From contig OZ037771.1 of the NCBI GenBank assembly GCA_964035545.1, forward strand, positions 13,391,133 through 13,455,132: a stretch of DNA of 64,000 bases, given 5' to 3'. Positions 63,956-64,000 of this stretch are shown here, one piece after another. This DNA comes from Bugula neritina (lineage: Eukaryota; Animalia; Bryozoa). The notes under the pieces are model-generated. The model was not told where the DNA came from, did not search any database, and saw nothing but the letters and a program-made list of their open reading frames with translations. The position numbers and the translations under genes were made by a program. The number at the start of each line of letters is the position of its first letter. The first letter of the stretch is position 1.

Positions 63956-64000
63956 GTTAGAAACTTAAATCTCAGGCTATTATAAGAGAACGTGTGTTAA

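Overview
AT-rich invertebrate animal genomic DNA with GT-AG spliceosomal introns; nothing here is prokaryotic. I assembled five spliced protein-coding genes by hand from splice sites and frame continuity: the 5' end of an ANKH homolog (-, runs off the left edge), NXT1/p15 (+), MAT2B (-), ECT2 (+, with probable alternative last exons) and the 5' part of a cyclic-nucleotide-gated (CNG) channel (+, runs off the right edge). ANKH/NXT1 and MAT2B/ECT2 are head-to-head pairs; NXT1/MAT2B is tail-to-tail. Non-coding DNA holds a 3.6-kb foldback element with a nested MITE, a 3.3-kb TIR element, smaller MITEs, three copies of a tRNA-derived SINE and many mini/microsatellites. The most unusual signals are (i) a strand-symmetric 6-bp-phased A-N-T (ACT/AGT) sequence grammar concentrated on the flanks of apparent promoters, including a perfect 102-bp palindrome, (ii) a non-canonical CNG selectivity filter (TISHL), (iii) a 400-codon alternative ECT2 tail followed by an array of GTAAGT motifs, and (iv) repeated tandem duplication of splice junctions. 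Gene identities come from remembered family motifs, not database searches.
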